In this document: positions 37,585 to 49,882 of the stretch, piece by piece
Layout of the letters: each line of letters begins with the position of its first letter
How positions within the stretch are numbered: the stretch's first letter is position 1
DNA from: Octopus vulgaris
Taxonomy: Eukaryota
NCBI GenBank assembly: GCA_951406725.2
Contig: OX597829.1
Location: forward strand, 18,662,001-18,726,000
Reading direction: 5' to 3'
DNA: 64,000 nt
Made by a program: the position numbers and the translations under genes
Notes under the pieces: generated by a model
What the model saw: only the letters and a program-made list of their open reading frames with translations
Databases searched by the model: none
What the model was told of the DNA's origin: nothing

Positions 37585-39431
37585 GCGTAGATAAATTTAA
37601 CTGTTCAGAATGTCCACAAGGAACATTCTAGAAGCTGGTGGGCATCAACAAGTTCTACAATGCAAGGAAGGGTCCTAGAAACTTGTTGCCAGAGTAAGGC
37701 AGGGAGCTGGCAGAAACGTTAGCACGCCGGGCGAAATGCTTAGCGGTATTTCGTCTGCCGTTACGTTGTGAGTTCAAATTCCGCCGGGGTCAACTTTGCC
37801 TTTCATCCTTTCGGGGTCGATAAATTAAGTACCAGTTACACACTGGGGTCGATGTAATCAACTTAATACCTGTGTCTGTCCTTGTTTGTCCCCTCTGTGT
37901 TTAGCCCCTTGTGGGTAATAAAGAAATAGGTATTTCGTCTGCTGTTACATTCTGAGTTCAAATTCCGCCAAGGTCGAATTTGCCTTTCCTCCTTTCGGGG
38001 TCGTTTAAATAAGTACCAGTTACGCATTAGGGTCAATATAATCGACTTAATCTGTTTGTCTGTCCTTGTTTGTCCCCTCCCTGTGTAGCCCCTTGTGGGC
38101 AATAAAGAAATAAGAAACTTGTTGCCAGAGTTCAAGAAAATCTGTGCAGCAAGCAAGTCTTGAGACTGGAATTTCAAAATCAAACGTTTATTTCATTTTG
38201 AAGCATTCATTGGAAAAGTTACATTCAAAGAATGATCCATGCTCTCAGTGAAGATGATCTAGGTGAAAGAGGGGTGTTTTATGAGTGGTACTTGGTAAGA
38301 TGTGTAAAAGATGCATACATCCAACAAAGATTATTTGGAATAATGAGGCTATATTTAAATGAAATGGCACAATTAATGATCACAGTTGCTCCCACTGGGG
38401 AAATGAGAATTTACATATCATGTTAATTTATCAGGAGTTACTGTATGATTGTGGTTTATTATCAAAAGGGTTAACTGAACCATTCATTTTAATAGTTCTG
38501 TGGATGATCCCATGACCTTAAATGTGCTGTGACATCTGTCATGCCAAGCATTCAAAGGGTCTTTGAAGATGTGGAGCTTTATTTCCAGCAAGATGGGGGT
38601 GCCCTAACAAACCATGGTAATGTAAAAAAAGTAGGTAAAGTTACTTTCTCGAGTTATGCCGACTGGAGCAATGTGAAACGAAGTGCTTTGCTCAAAAATA
38701 TGACACATCACCCAGTCCAGGAACTGAAACCACAATCTTACAATCAGGAGTCCTACACCCCAACCACTAAGCCACATCCCTTCACTAAAAGGATAAAGTT
38801 ATCTTCTCAAGTCATGCTGACTCATAAGGGCCAGTTTCCATGGCATATAAATCCTCACCTGGACAGGATACCAGATTACTAATTTTTGCCATTTGAGTTG
38901 AATGGAGCAACATAAAATGAAGTGTTTCACTCAAGGACACAATGCATCACCTAGTCCAGGAATCGAAACCACAATCTTATGATCTTGAGTCCAACACCCC
39001 TAACCACTAAGCCATGCACCTCCACAGAAGTCAGGTGGTTGCAAAGCAAATGTAAAGGTCTACCTAGATGATTTTGCTAAACAGATGGCTTGGGAAGAGG
39101 AGGTTCAGTAGAATAGCCCCTGTGATCACTGGACCTCATTACCACAAGGCATTTTTATGGAAATACTCGTAAAATAAAGTTTACTCTACAAAACTGGCAA
39201 CGAATTGAAGGAGGATATTGAACGAGAATATACACAAATATTGAATGAAATAATCTTTGATGATTGTAATTCTATTGCTTAGTGTTATCAGCAGAGCTTG
39301 GAACCAGAACAGTCATTAGTTTGGAAACATGTATTCATAGAATAATTAAATGTTTCTTTGCAAACTTAATTAAATTTTAAAAATGAATTGTATTTCAATA
39401 AACATTGATTTTTATACTCATTCGCTGTGTA
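37585..39431 (+). mobile_element. Decayed Tc1/mariner-superfamily transposon interrupted by SINEs
   Basis: SRKSVQQASLETGISKSNV (HTH-like) at ~38130; FQQDGGA at 38582; decayed WPPRSPDL-like stretch at ~39110. Confidence 0.65.
37696..38112 (+). mobile_element. SINE family B head-to-tail dimer with 19-bp TSD
   Basis: Full copy plus 5'-truncated copy from ~37929; TSD agaaacttgttgccagagt at 37677-37695 and 38113-38131. Confidence 0.9.
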
Positions 39432-39589
39432 TACACACTCTTTGGACAACCTACACACACACATGCACACGCATACATTTGTTTATTTGTTACACATCTG
39501 TTTTCCCATATTATTGAGATATTATTTCTCATACGGCCAGATGCCCTTCATTGTGGATAGAGATATTTACAATGGATACACATATATAT

Positions 39590-39811
39590 ACTCTCTCTTT
39601 TCTCTTTTACTCTCTTACTTGTTTCAGTCATTTGACTGCGGCCATGCTGGAGCACCGCCTTTAATTGAGCAGCTCGACCCCGGGACTTATTCTTTTGTAA
39701 GCCCAGTACTTATTCTATCGGTCTCTTTTGCCGAACCGCTAAGTAACGGAGACGTAAACACACCAGCATCGGTTGTCAAGCAATGCTAAGGGGACAAACA
39801 CAGACACACAA

Positions 39812-39861
<50 letters not shown>

Positions 39862-40024
39862 GACAGGCTTCTTTCAGTTTCCGTCTACCATATCCACTCA
39901 CAAGGCATTGGTCGGCCCAGGGCTATAGCAGAAGACACTTGCCCAAGGTGCCACGCAGTGGGACTGAACCCGGAACCATGTGGTTGGTTAGCAAGCTACT
40001 TACCACACAGCCACTCCTGCGCCT
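39590..40024 (-). mobile_element. SINE family A
   Basis: Full-length, low divergence. Confidence 0.9.
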
Positions 40025-40028
40025 TGTA

Positions 40029-40445
40029 CAGGGTGTTCAAAAAGTTTCTCCGCAGTAAGTATTTTATTGCAAAATAAATATTCATAAGATGGTATAAGAC
40101 TACAAAAGAATACATTAGACTTTACAAGACTTTAAAAAAGTACTTTATGAGAGGTGTTGAAAGTGTCGTCCTTCATTTTCAATACATAAAATTTAATTTC
40201 TTTTTTTACTGCCTAGGCTGATTTCTGTTTCCTGTAACAATTTGCGTAAGGACTTTGACAGGCTTGCTAACAGTTTATCAGAGATATTGGCAAGAGTTTC
40301 ATCTGAAAGAACAGTAGGCCTACCACTTCTTGCTGCGTTTTCTACTGAGCCTGTGTCTCTCAGTTTTCTGATCAAATCCCACATAGTGTCACAATGTGGA
40401 GCAATAGTATTTGGAGAAGTTTCACTGAACTTCTGTTTCACCCAT
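40029..40445 (-). mobile_element. Internally deleted Tc1/mariner-type element with HTH remnant
   Basis: TA|CAGGGTGTTC terminus; - strand LIRKLRDTGSVENAARSGRPTV...SKSLRKL, typical of Tc1-like transposase N-termini. Confidence 0.75.
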
Positions 40446-40670
40446 TCAAATAATGAATGTACACACACACACACAGTTGGCTTCTATGCAGTTTCCATCT
40501 ACAAAATACACTCAAAAGGCTTTCTTCTTTGGTCATCTTAGGACCATAGTAGAAGACACTTGCCCAAGATGCACTGCTATGGTACTGAACTCGAAACCAA
40601 TAGTTGAGAAGTATGCTTCTAAGTCACATGCATACCTGCACCTACACACACACACACTCACACTCACATA

Positions 40671-41007
40671 CAGGGTGTCCCAAAAGTCACTGATTAGTTT
40701 CAGTTTTTAATAACTTCCTTAACTTTAAAAATATATGCTTGATACATTAATTTCTATTATGTCCTTTATATTGTATCAAAATTTCAAGCATTGAAGTTGT
40801 TAGTTGTCGGAGCACTGCATCCTTCAAAACTTCCATGCTTCCTGAGATTCGCCAACACTACACTTGATTTTATCCCCTCCATACACACACAAGCATGTAT
40901 CTGACTCATACATTGTTCGCTTTCCAGACATTTCTACATTACTGCATGTACTTTATATGCACTTTCTGACAAGTTGTGGTGCACCTGAGCACTGTATACA
41001 ATTAATT

Positions 41008-41040
<33 letters not shown>

Positions 41041-41105
41041 GTTATTCGTAAAGTTAAGGAAGTTGTTAAAAATTGAAACCCATCAGTGACTTTTGGGACA
41101 CCCCA
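40671..41105. mobile_element. Tc1/mariner-type MITE containing a LINE-like 3' tail insert
   Basis: ~58-bp TIRs CAGGGTGTCCCAAAAGTCACTGAT... / ...ATCAGTGACTTTTGGGACACCCCA, flanked by TA; insert ends in (ATT)n at ~41010-41040. Confidence 0.8.
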
Positions 41106-41379
41106 TATATGGGATTGCACCTCTCCTCTCCTTGCCAGCAATGTTATCCAAGGGAAAGGCAAAGGGGCCGATACAGCTTGGCACCAGTGACGTCACAACT
41201 CATTTCTACAGCTGAGTGAACTGGAGCAGCATGAATTAAGTGTCTTGCTCAAGAACACAACATACAGCCCAGGAATTGAACTCGTGATTGTCAGCCCAAC
41301 GCTCTAACCACTGAGCCATGCGCCTTCACACACACATACATATACATACACACACACGTATATATATATACATACATAC

Positions 41380-41436
<57 letters not shown>

Positions 41437-42299
41437 GCCCTAGCATGGCCGTAATCCAAAATACGTGTGTATGTGCATACAAACATACATATGTGAATGT
41501 ATGACGTGTATGTAGCACGTGACAATAAATCAGGGCATACTTAACATGCATACATCACATACACACACGTACGTAGTAGATTTGTATGTATATATGTGGT
41601 TTAATATGCGTGTATTATGTATGTATGTACGTGCCTGTGTGTGTGTGTACGTTTGTATGTATGTATATGTGAATATGTATATATTCTCTTTAATATTTAT
41701 ATTTTGAAGACAACTTGCTGAAAAATCTGTAAATCTGGGTCAAATTGTCTAGCAATTTACCAAATAAATGGATAAAAAAAAAAAAGTAGATAGGAAGGTG
41801 CGATGGTGGTAAACCAAACGAAGAGAAAAATCCCAAAGAAAAGAAACAAGGCTGTTATTTGGAACAGGATCTTGTCAAATAGGTTTATGGTATAAGGAAG
41901 GTTTTGTTGATGAAGTAAAACGAGGCTGTTTAAAGTAAACTCCCTGTTGATGTTAGGTGGAGCTCCTTATTTGAAGAACGTAGTTGGCAAATATTGTTGT
42001 TCAGTCCCCTAAACTGAGCAGACAATTGATCAAAACAGTATTCCATCCATGACCATCTCGACTTATCAGTTTTTTTTTCTTCTTTCTGTCTAATACTTCT
42101 ACATTGTTGACTGTAACTTTAGATAAATAATCGTCTTTTTTTTTTGTCCTTTAAAAATAGAAAAAAGTAGTAAGTAAAAAAGTGTGATGTAATTCTATTT
42201 GGTTGCTATTTCTAGCAGTCCGAGCAACCACCTAGTTTTTCTAATATAGTTAGTTACCGTCCATGGTCTCTGCTTTTTATTTACGTGTTTTAATGCCTA

Positions 42300-42337
42300 T
42301 ATTATTACCGTTTTTATTATTATTATTATTATTACCG

Positions 42338-42378
<41 letters not shown>

Positions 42379-42390
42379 TATTATTATTAA

Positions 42391-42421
<31 letters not shown>

Positions 42422-42446
42422 ATTAATATTAATATTATTATTATTA

Positions 42447-42512
<66 letters not shown>
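42300..42512. repeat. (ATT)n microsatellite
   Basis: Direct reading. Confidence 0.95.
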
Positions 42513-42513
<1 letters not shown>

Positions 42514-42657
42514 TCACTTCGAATGTAAGTAAGTGGTAGTAGTTACGAATTACATGTACCAATATATTTTCTGTACTCGATTGGTAGAGTTCTTTTTTTT
42601 CTTTTTACTTTCTTTCTTTTTGACGGCGATATCATTGGCAAGGACTTTATTCGTTGA

Positions 42658-42691
<34 letters not shown>

Positions 42692-42699
42692 GGTGTTTG

Positions 42700-43400
42700 T
42701 TGTTTGCAATGGTCTAAATGCAGGACAGATTAGTTTAACTTGGCATAGTTGTGTAGGCGTGTCTGACTTCCTTGCCCTTGTTTTGTTGTGCTACTAGGAA
42801 TTGGACACACACACACATACATACGTCTCACACTTGTATATATATATATATATGTATATATAATGTCTGTGTGCGTATACTTCTAACAAGCACATGTGAG
42901 TGCCAGATATTAACATTAAACGGTTGCACACACGCAGAAACACAAATAATCTAACCCACTCAACGTCCACGCGAAGTGGATGTAAACATTCGCGCGTGCG
43001 CGTAACTAGATATGTGTGTGTGTGTGTGTGTGTGTGAGCCCTACTGGATGTGTATGTGTGTTCGCGATTACACACACACACACACACACACACGCATACT
43101 CATATTCCTTGTAATGTTTTGGTAGCTAAGAAGCTGTATTAGACACTGCCGCCGCCGCCGCCAAACGCACACGCAAATATATACATATGCATTTATGTAT
43201 GTGTTTATGTGTGTTGTGTGTGTGTGTGTGTGGCTATAATGGTTTATAATTATGATACATAAGTACTTCTGGAATTGGATTTAACTTTATAAATTTATTT
43301 ATTTTATTTTAGAAATCTAATGCGTGTTGGGTGAAATGGTAAAATATCTCGTATATTAAAGAATATTCCCGTCTTCGTTGTTCTATGAAGACTTAGTTTT
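42700..43400. promoter_or_regulatory. CpG-richer island, possible promoter or 5' region of a second gene
   Basis: cgcgcgtgcgcg, (GCC)n and repeated cgcg in otherwise CpG-depleted DNA; GTAAACA at ~42982. Confidence 0.35.
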
Positions 43401-43846
43401 CAGTCTTTTTTGGCAGAAATACGGAGAAAGTAAATTGGAACTATTTGTATTTATTTATTTATTTATTTTTTCATTAGACTTTCTTTTGTTTTTGTTTTTA
43501 TTTCAGTGTTTGATAAATAAATAAATGTAAATAATAATAATAATAAAAGATATAAAGAAAGGAGGGAAACTAAAGTTTCAAGATTTCTTTTTGGCTGTTT
43601 ACAACGTTTTAATTAAGTGCCTTGCTCCAATTTTTAAAAACCTACGACGGAAAACAATAATTACGTAAACAAAGAATTTTTTTTTTTTTTTTTTTTATTT
43701 TTTGCTCTTATTATTTAGTCCAGAGTCAACTCTCAACGAGTAGACTTATGATGAAAGCTCTCCAGCTATGACACTGTCCCGTCTTTTTTTTTCCTTTTTA
43801 TCTTTTTTTTTCTAACCATAATGTAACTCGGAGTACATTATCCAAT

Positions 43847-44140
43847 TTATGTTTATGTTTTCCAGTTTCAGCTCTTGAGCTGTGGCCATGCTGGGGCACC
43901 GCCATTTGGTGTTGCTACATGATTTTACCTCACGAATGCTTTTTAGCAACTGCGATTTGGTGCATGAGAGAGTTTGATGCAGCTGCCCTCATCTGCACCT
44001 CCTGCCGTGAAGTTGGTTCATCCTGGACACCTGACAGGAAGAGATCCAGTCCTACTTTAAAGACATCCGCATCCACCCCATACAGGTCCCCCAGGTTCTT
44101 CGGGAGGATATTGAAGAGCTGTGGGCCTCTGAAGGCCCCC
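43847..44140 (-). mobile_element. CR1/L2-group LINE 3' end
   Basis: GPQLFNILPKNL...FKVGLDLFLSGVQDEP...RAAASNSL C-terminus, short 3' UTR and (AAACAT)n tail. Confidence 0.75.
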
Positions 44141-44740
44141 AATGTGATATTTTCTTTTAGACGGTGGAATTGGTTTGAGAAAGAAATTAGCTGCTAGGAT
44201 GAGCAGAATTCTAAGTTATTTTATTCAACTCGTAACTTTTATTTTAACGGTGGTCTGAGTTAAAATCTTGCTGGATCCAACTTTATCATTCGTTCTTTTG
44301 GTGTCAGTAAAGTAAGATAGCAGAGAAGCAGTTGAACCAATTTAATAATTCTAGTACAAGGCATCTTAGATGCGAATTATAGATCAAGGACTAACAAGAA
44401 AAAGAAGACACATGACTAGGTAGAAGTTCCCTTGTTTATTTGTGATACGTTGAAGGCTGTTGTTGGTTATCATAAAATCTTTTTGTTTATTTTTTGAGGA
44501 GACCAATGATAAAAAAGCATTCCAGCTGTGACCAACAGGTTTCATTTTCCTATTTCCAAGCACTGTCAATCTTGGACCACTTTGTTTAATGCATTCTTCC
44601 ACAGTGGGTTATACATATATGAGATAATTTGCTATTTCTTGCACATCGGTCAACCTCCTCAATGAGCAGTCGTCGTCATCATCGTGTTAGATTCAGAGCG
44701 ATTTGCTTGTTATAATATCGGTTTCATTTGTTATGTACAA

Positions 44741-44823
<83 letters not shown>

Positions 44824-44824
<1 letters not shown>

Positions 44825-45025
44825 TAATCAGAAGATCAGATGGTTTATATTTACAGATATTTATTTATATGTTACATTTTTTACATATATATCATATCAT
44901 TTAGATCATTAGCGCTTTCTCCCATTCTAGCGGGGTTTTCAAATCTAAAAAATATGATATATATGTAAAAAATATAATATATAAATAAATATCTGTAAAT
45001 ATGAACCATCCAATCTTCTGATTAC
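44824..45025. repeat. ~83-bp inverted repeat with hammerhead-like spacer
   Basis: 44824-44906 versus 44943-45025; the spacer on - reads ttgaaaa-cccc-gctagaat-ggga-GAAA-GCGC-TA-atg. Confidence 0.75.
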
Positions 45026-45099
45026 CTCATTTCTTCTAATATATAATACCTGTACATCATCTCCAAACCTTCCAATATATATATATATATATATATATT

Positions 45100-45417
45100 C
45101 ATCATTATCATCATCATCGTTTAACGTCCGTTTTCCATGCTAGCATGAGTTGGACGATTCGACCGGGGTCTGGGAAGCCAGATGGCTGCACCAGGCTCCA
45201 GTCTGATCTGGCAGTGTTTCTACAGCTGGATGCCCTTCCTAACGCCAACCATTCCGTGAGTGTAGTGGGTGCTTTTTACGTGCCACCGGTATAGGTGCCA
45301 GGGGAGGCTGGCAACGACCATGATCGGTTGGTGGTTTCTTACGTGCCACCGGCATGAACGCCAGTCAAGGTGGCGCTGGCATTGGCCACATTCGGATGGT
45401 GTTTTTTATGTGCCACA
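45100..45417 (-). mobile_element. RTE 3' fragment within (TA)n
   Basis: Matches 4660-4900. Confidence 0.85.
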
Positions 45418-45522
45418 TTATATATTTATATATACATATATATTATACATACATACATACATATATTTAAAAGCCCATAATGCAGGAAAAGGATGCATCT
45501 GTATATCTGTCAATAGAGTGAG

Positions 45523-45808
45523 TATATTATCAGAAGTGTATAGTATTATATATCCATCACAGCTGATCTTACCAATCGGTTTCGTGCTTGGGGTACTATG
45601 GAGTGTTAGGTAAAAATCCGCTTATATAACCCTGTGCTCATCAGAGGTTGCTGATGTTGCCATATTTGAATCTATATCAGCTACCTCTGATGAGTGTAGG
45701 AGTACATAATCAGATTGTTACCTAACACACTGTTGTACCCCTTGCGTGACACTGATTTGTAAGATCAGGCATGATGGATATATAATACTGTACGCTTCGG
45801 ATAATATA
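45523..45808. repeat. ~133-bp inverted repeat, each arm carrying a decayed hammerhead motif
   Basis: 45523-45655 versus 45676-45808; CTGATGA in both arms; GAAACCGATTGGTA in the - arm. Confidence 0.75.
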
Positions 45809-45821
45809 TATATATATATAT

Positions 45822-46348
45822 GACACTAAACTCTGCTTGCGAAGACCTGTTGAGGCAAGTGAAATTGAAATCAAATTCGATGACAGCATCGCATGACTGG
45901 CATCCATGCTAGTGGAGCGCTAAGAGCACCATCTGAACATGATCGTTGCCAGGGCTGCTGACTGGTCCCTGTGGCAGTGGCACGTAAAAAGCACCATTTG
46001 AGTGTGATTGTTACCAGCATCGCCTTACTGGCACTTGTACTGGTGGTACGTGAAAAACAACATTTGAGCGAGGGCATTGCCAGTGCCGCTAGACTAGCTC
46101 CTGTGCAGGTGACACATAGAAACACCATTTGAGTATGGCCATTGCCAGTACCGGTGGCACATAAAAGCAGCCACTACACCCTCGGAGCGGTTGGTGTTAG
46201 GAAGGGCATCCAGCTGTAGAAACTCTGCCAGATCAGACTGGAGCCTGGTGCAGCCATCTGGCTCACCAGACCCCAGTCAAACTGTCCAACCCATGCTAGC
46301 AAGGAAAGCGAACATTAAACGATGATGATGATGATGATGATGGTGATG
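45822..46348 (+). mobile_element. RTE 3' UTR fragment flanked by (TA)n
   Basis: Reverse complement of 4660-5105; (GAT)n tail. Confidence 0.9.
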
Positions 46349-46383
46349 TATATATATTTATGCATATATATATTTATATATTC

Positions 46384-46424
<41 letters not shown>

Positions 46425-46428
46425 TATA

Positions 46429-47058
46429 CTAGCAGTATTGCCCAGCTCGTGCGTTCTATGCACACACGAATTAAGCTAAACTTGGATGAAGTTCAATCAA
46501 AATTCAATTATTTTGGTTTTAAAATCAAGCATTTAATGCCCTCTATTTTTGCGCTTATGTGTTCCATTTCCTCAAAAGGAAGTATGTAGAAGCGTTTCAT
46601 AAATTTTTGTTGATCAAATAATTGCATTGTTGAATTATTCTTTTAGATCAGTATTTCTCAACGGGGATTTCGGAGAGTTGCTGGCGATGTAGCATGATGA
46701 TCAAAAATCCGGCCTGCTAAAATTTGGTTAAAGTGATTCAAACTGCAGACTCAACGCAAAATGGTCACATTTAATTCAAAGCGTTAAAAATGTTATGAAA
46801 AGAATTGGTATGTGTTCACAAAGTCCAAACGATTAATACGAATAAACCCTCCAGGCTACATCCTGAAAATTAATTTCTTTGCCGAATTTCTACAATGTTT
46901 ACGGCGATTCGTTTTTATATCTTGATTTTTTATTTTTCATGCAATTTACGCACTGACTGAGTAAAGTTCACTATTCAATGCATGGATAAGGCCTAAACAA
47001 ACACATTATCGATTTGTTGGCTAGGAGGAGATGTTAAACACACAGACACACAAGTTGA

Positions 47059-47075
<17 letters not shown>
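46429..47075 (-). mobile_element. Non-autonomous Helitron
   Basis: On -: tatatataaaactcaacttgtgtgtctgt start like the other two copies; 3' ...ctgggcaatactgCTAG|T; the 5' TC is obscured by (TA)n. Confidence 0.65.
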
Positions 47076-47115
<40 letters not shown>

Positions 47116-47145
47116 GTATATATAAATGTGTAACAGAAATGTACA

Positions 47146-47930
47146 GGTGTCAGTTCATTATGGCCATTTCAAGCAACTCCTTTAATTGATTAAAGAATCT
47201 GCCAGAGATATGACAACAGATACAATGTAAATATTTTGAGTTCCAATATTGAAGTGAGAATGATGGAGAGGGTTGGGGTGGGGATTGCATTAGATATTTG
47301 AGGGCATTGAGGGTGATAGCAGGTAAGTAAGGTGTTGATAATGGGGAACCACACATAAGTGAGAAGGCAGCTAATTTCCACCACTGTGCACAGTTTCTCT
47401 TCTCAATCCCAAATCATTATATCAGATTTGTTGTGTTTACATTTTATTGAGGTTTTCACTGAGACATTCCACTAGTAATCCTTTTTATTATGAATGGGTA
47501 TGGTGCCCACCATACTGTGGGTCCCTATTTCTTTGTCCTCGGGGTTATCCTTGCGGCAGATTTCATTATATAGTGTCCAAGCTACGTCATGTCTCATTGG
47601 TAGATAATATCGTGATGACATTTTCAGACAACTGCTTATGATGTGGGTGACATCTTCAGTGTGAACTCCATAAAGTATGCATCAGTTGTCACATTTTACA
47701 ACTTTTCCTGCATCTCTATCCCTTTTGTGCATCAGGTATTTGGTTGATATTTCCTGTTCCTGGATCGCAAACGCATACCCTTCAAAGTGAGAGATAATAA
47801 TCCAGCTATTAGTCCATGGTAGTCTGCTTTGATGATCAATGTTACTATCATCATGGAGCTTTCTACAAACATATCCATGCATGGTCTTCTGCTCATATAC
47901 ACTCATCATTTTCATCTGATGATACATTGC
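47146..47930 (-). mobile_element. R4/Dong-clade (RLE) LINE fragment
   Basis: HFEGYAFAIQEQEISTKYL...C...EDVTHIISSCLKMSSRYYLPMRHDVA (CCHC zinc knuckle and RHD motif). Confidence 0.75.
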
Positions 47931-47944
47931 AGTATATGTATATG

Positions 47945-48175
47945 TGCGAGCTGGCAGAAACGTTAGCACGCTGGGCGAAATGCTTTGCAGTATTGCGTCT
48001 GCCGTTATGTTCTGAGTTCAAATTCCGCCGAGGTCGACTTTGCCTTTTATCCTTTCGGGGTCGATAAATTAAAGTACCAGTTACGCACTGGGGTCGATGT
48101 AATCGACTTAATACCTATGTCTGTCCTTGTTTGTCCCCTCTATGTTTAGCCCCATGTGGGTAATAAAGAAATAAG
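47945..48175 (+). mobile_element. SINE family B
   Basis: Near full-length; further copies at ~18774, 33030(-), 50237, 51990, 52680, 52942 and 63448(-). Confidence 0.85.
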
Positions 48176-48189
48176 TATATGTATATGTG

Positions 48190-48784
48190 TAACCTTTTAG
48201 CATTCAGATTATTTTGTCAAATGTAATCCTTTTTTATTCACATTGCTTTGAGTCAACCATGCACTACATCATAGCTTCAAGATCTCAATGGTATGATTAT
48301 TTATTTTGAGAATGATACTGTAGGGTAGGTGTGAGAGTCTGAATCTGGTTGGTTTGAACATAATACAGGTAGAATATCTGGGCTGGATATGGCTTGTTTA
48401 ACCCTTTAATATTCAGATTATTCTGTCAAATATAATGCTTGCCCACTACACTCACGGAGTGGTTGGCGTTAGGAAGGGCATCCAGCTGTAGAAACACTGC
48501 CAGATCAGACTGGAGCCTGGTGCAGCCTTCTGGCTTCCCAGATCCCCGGTCGAACCGTCCAACCCACGCTAGCATGGAGAACGGACGTTAAACGATGATG
48601 ATGATTCTCATTGTTTTGAATTAATCAAGCATTAATTATCTCATGGCTTTGAGATTTCAAGGATGTAATTCTTTACTTTTAGAACGACATTGTAGGGTAG
48701 GTGTGAGAGGCTGGATCTAGTCAGTTTAAACATAAGGCAGAATATTTGGGCCAGATATGGCCAGTTAAAATTCAAATGAGTTAA
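48190..48784. mobile_element. Two MITE P2 units joined at TTAA; the second is interrupted by an RTE 3' fragment (48443-48604)
   Basis: Left ends at ~48193 and ~48402; a single right end before TTAA at 48781. Confidence 0.7.
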
Positions 48785-48938
48785 GAGTATAGAGGATAGA
48801 TATTAATGTATATAAATCCACTTTACAAATTGATTCATCAAGTAGGTTATTCAGTTAATCAAAGAAACTGAATATATATTGCCAATTTTGATAGAATACC
48901 ATAATTTTTTTTTCCAGATTTTGGTACCCTGATATATA

Positions 48939-49350
48939 CTCTTTACTCTTTTACTCTTTTACTTGTTTCAGTCATTTGACTGCAGCCATGCTGGAGCACC
49001 GCCTTTAGTCGAGCAAATTGACCCCGGGACTTATTCTTTGTAAGCCCAGTACTTATTTTATCGGTCTCTTTTGCCGAACCGCTAAGTGACGGGGACGTAA
49101 ACACACCAGCATCGGTTGTCAAGCAATGCTAGGGGGACAAACACAGACGCACAAACATATACACACACACTTATATATATATACATATATACGACAGGCT
49201 TCTTTCAGTTTCCGTCTACCAAATCCACTCACAAGGCATTGGTCGGCCCGGGGCTATAGCAGAAGACACTTGCCCAAGATGCCACGCAGTGGGACTGAAC
49301 CCAGAACCATGTGGTTGGTTAGCAAGCTACTTACCACACAGCCACTCCTG
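48939..49350 (-). mobile_element. SINE family A flanked by a ~141-bp direct repeat
   Basis: 48798-48938 repeated at 49351-49492. Confidence 0.9.
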
Positions 49351-49661
49351 AGATATTAATGTATATAAATCCACTTTACAAATTGATTCATCAAGTAGGT
49401 TATTCAGTTAATCAAAGAAACTGAATATATATTGCCAATTTTAATAGAATACCATAATTTTTTTTTTCCAGATTTTGGTACCCTGATATATAATACTTTG
49501 GTTTTTTTTTTGTTTGTTTTTTGTTTAAATAAAGAGAAAAACATCTCGTCATTGTTCTACATAGCCTGACCCCTGGTACACATATATCTTATTTATTACA
49601 TCTTTGTTCTTGCCTTACCATTAAGTCTTTCAGTGATAACTTTATTCAAAAACCAGTGCTC

Positions 49662-49701
<40 letters not shown>

Positions 49702-49839
49702 TGTGTACACACAGACACACGCATATGCACACACACACACACACACACACATCCATGCACATACTCACATGTTAATAATATTTGTTTACCAGTTGTACCC
49801 ATAAATTAAAAGAGAGTGTCAGTGTCATTGCTATTACTG

Positions 49840-49882
<43 letters not shown>

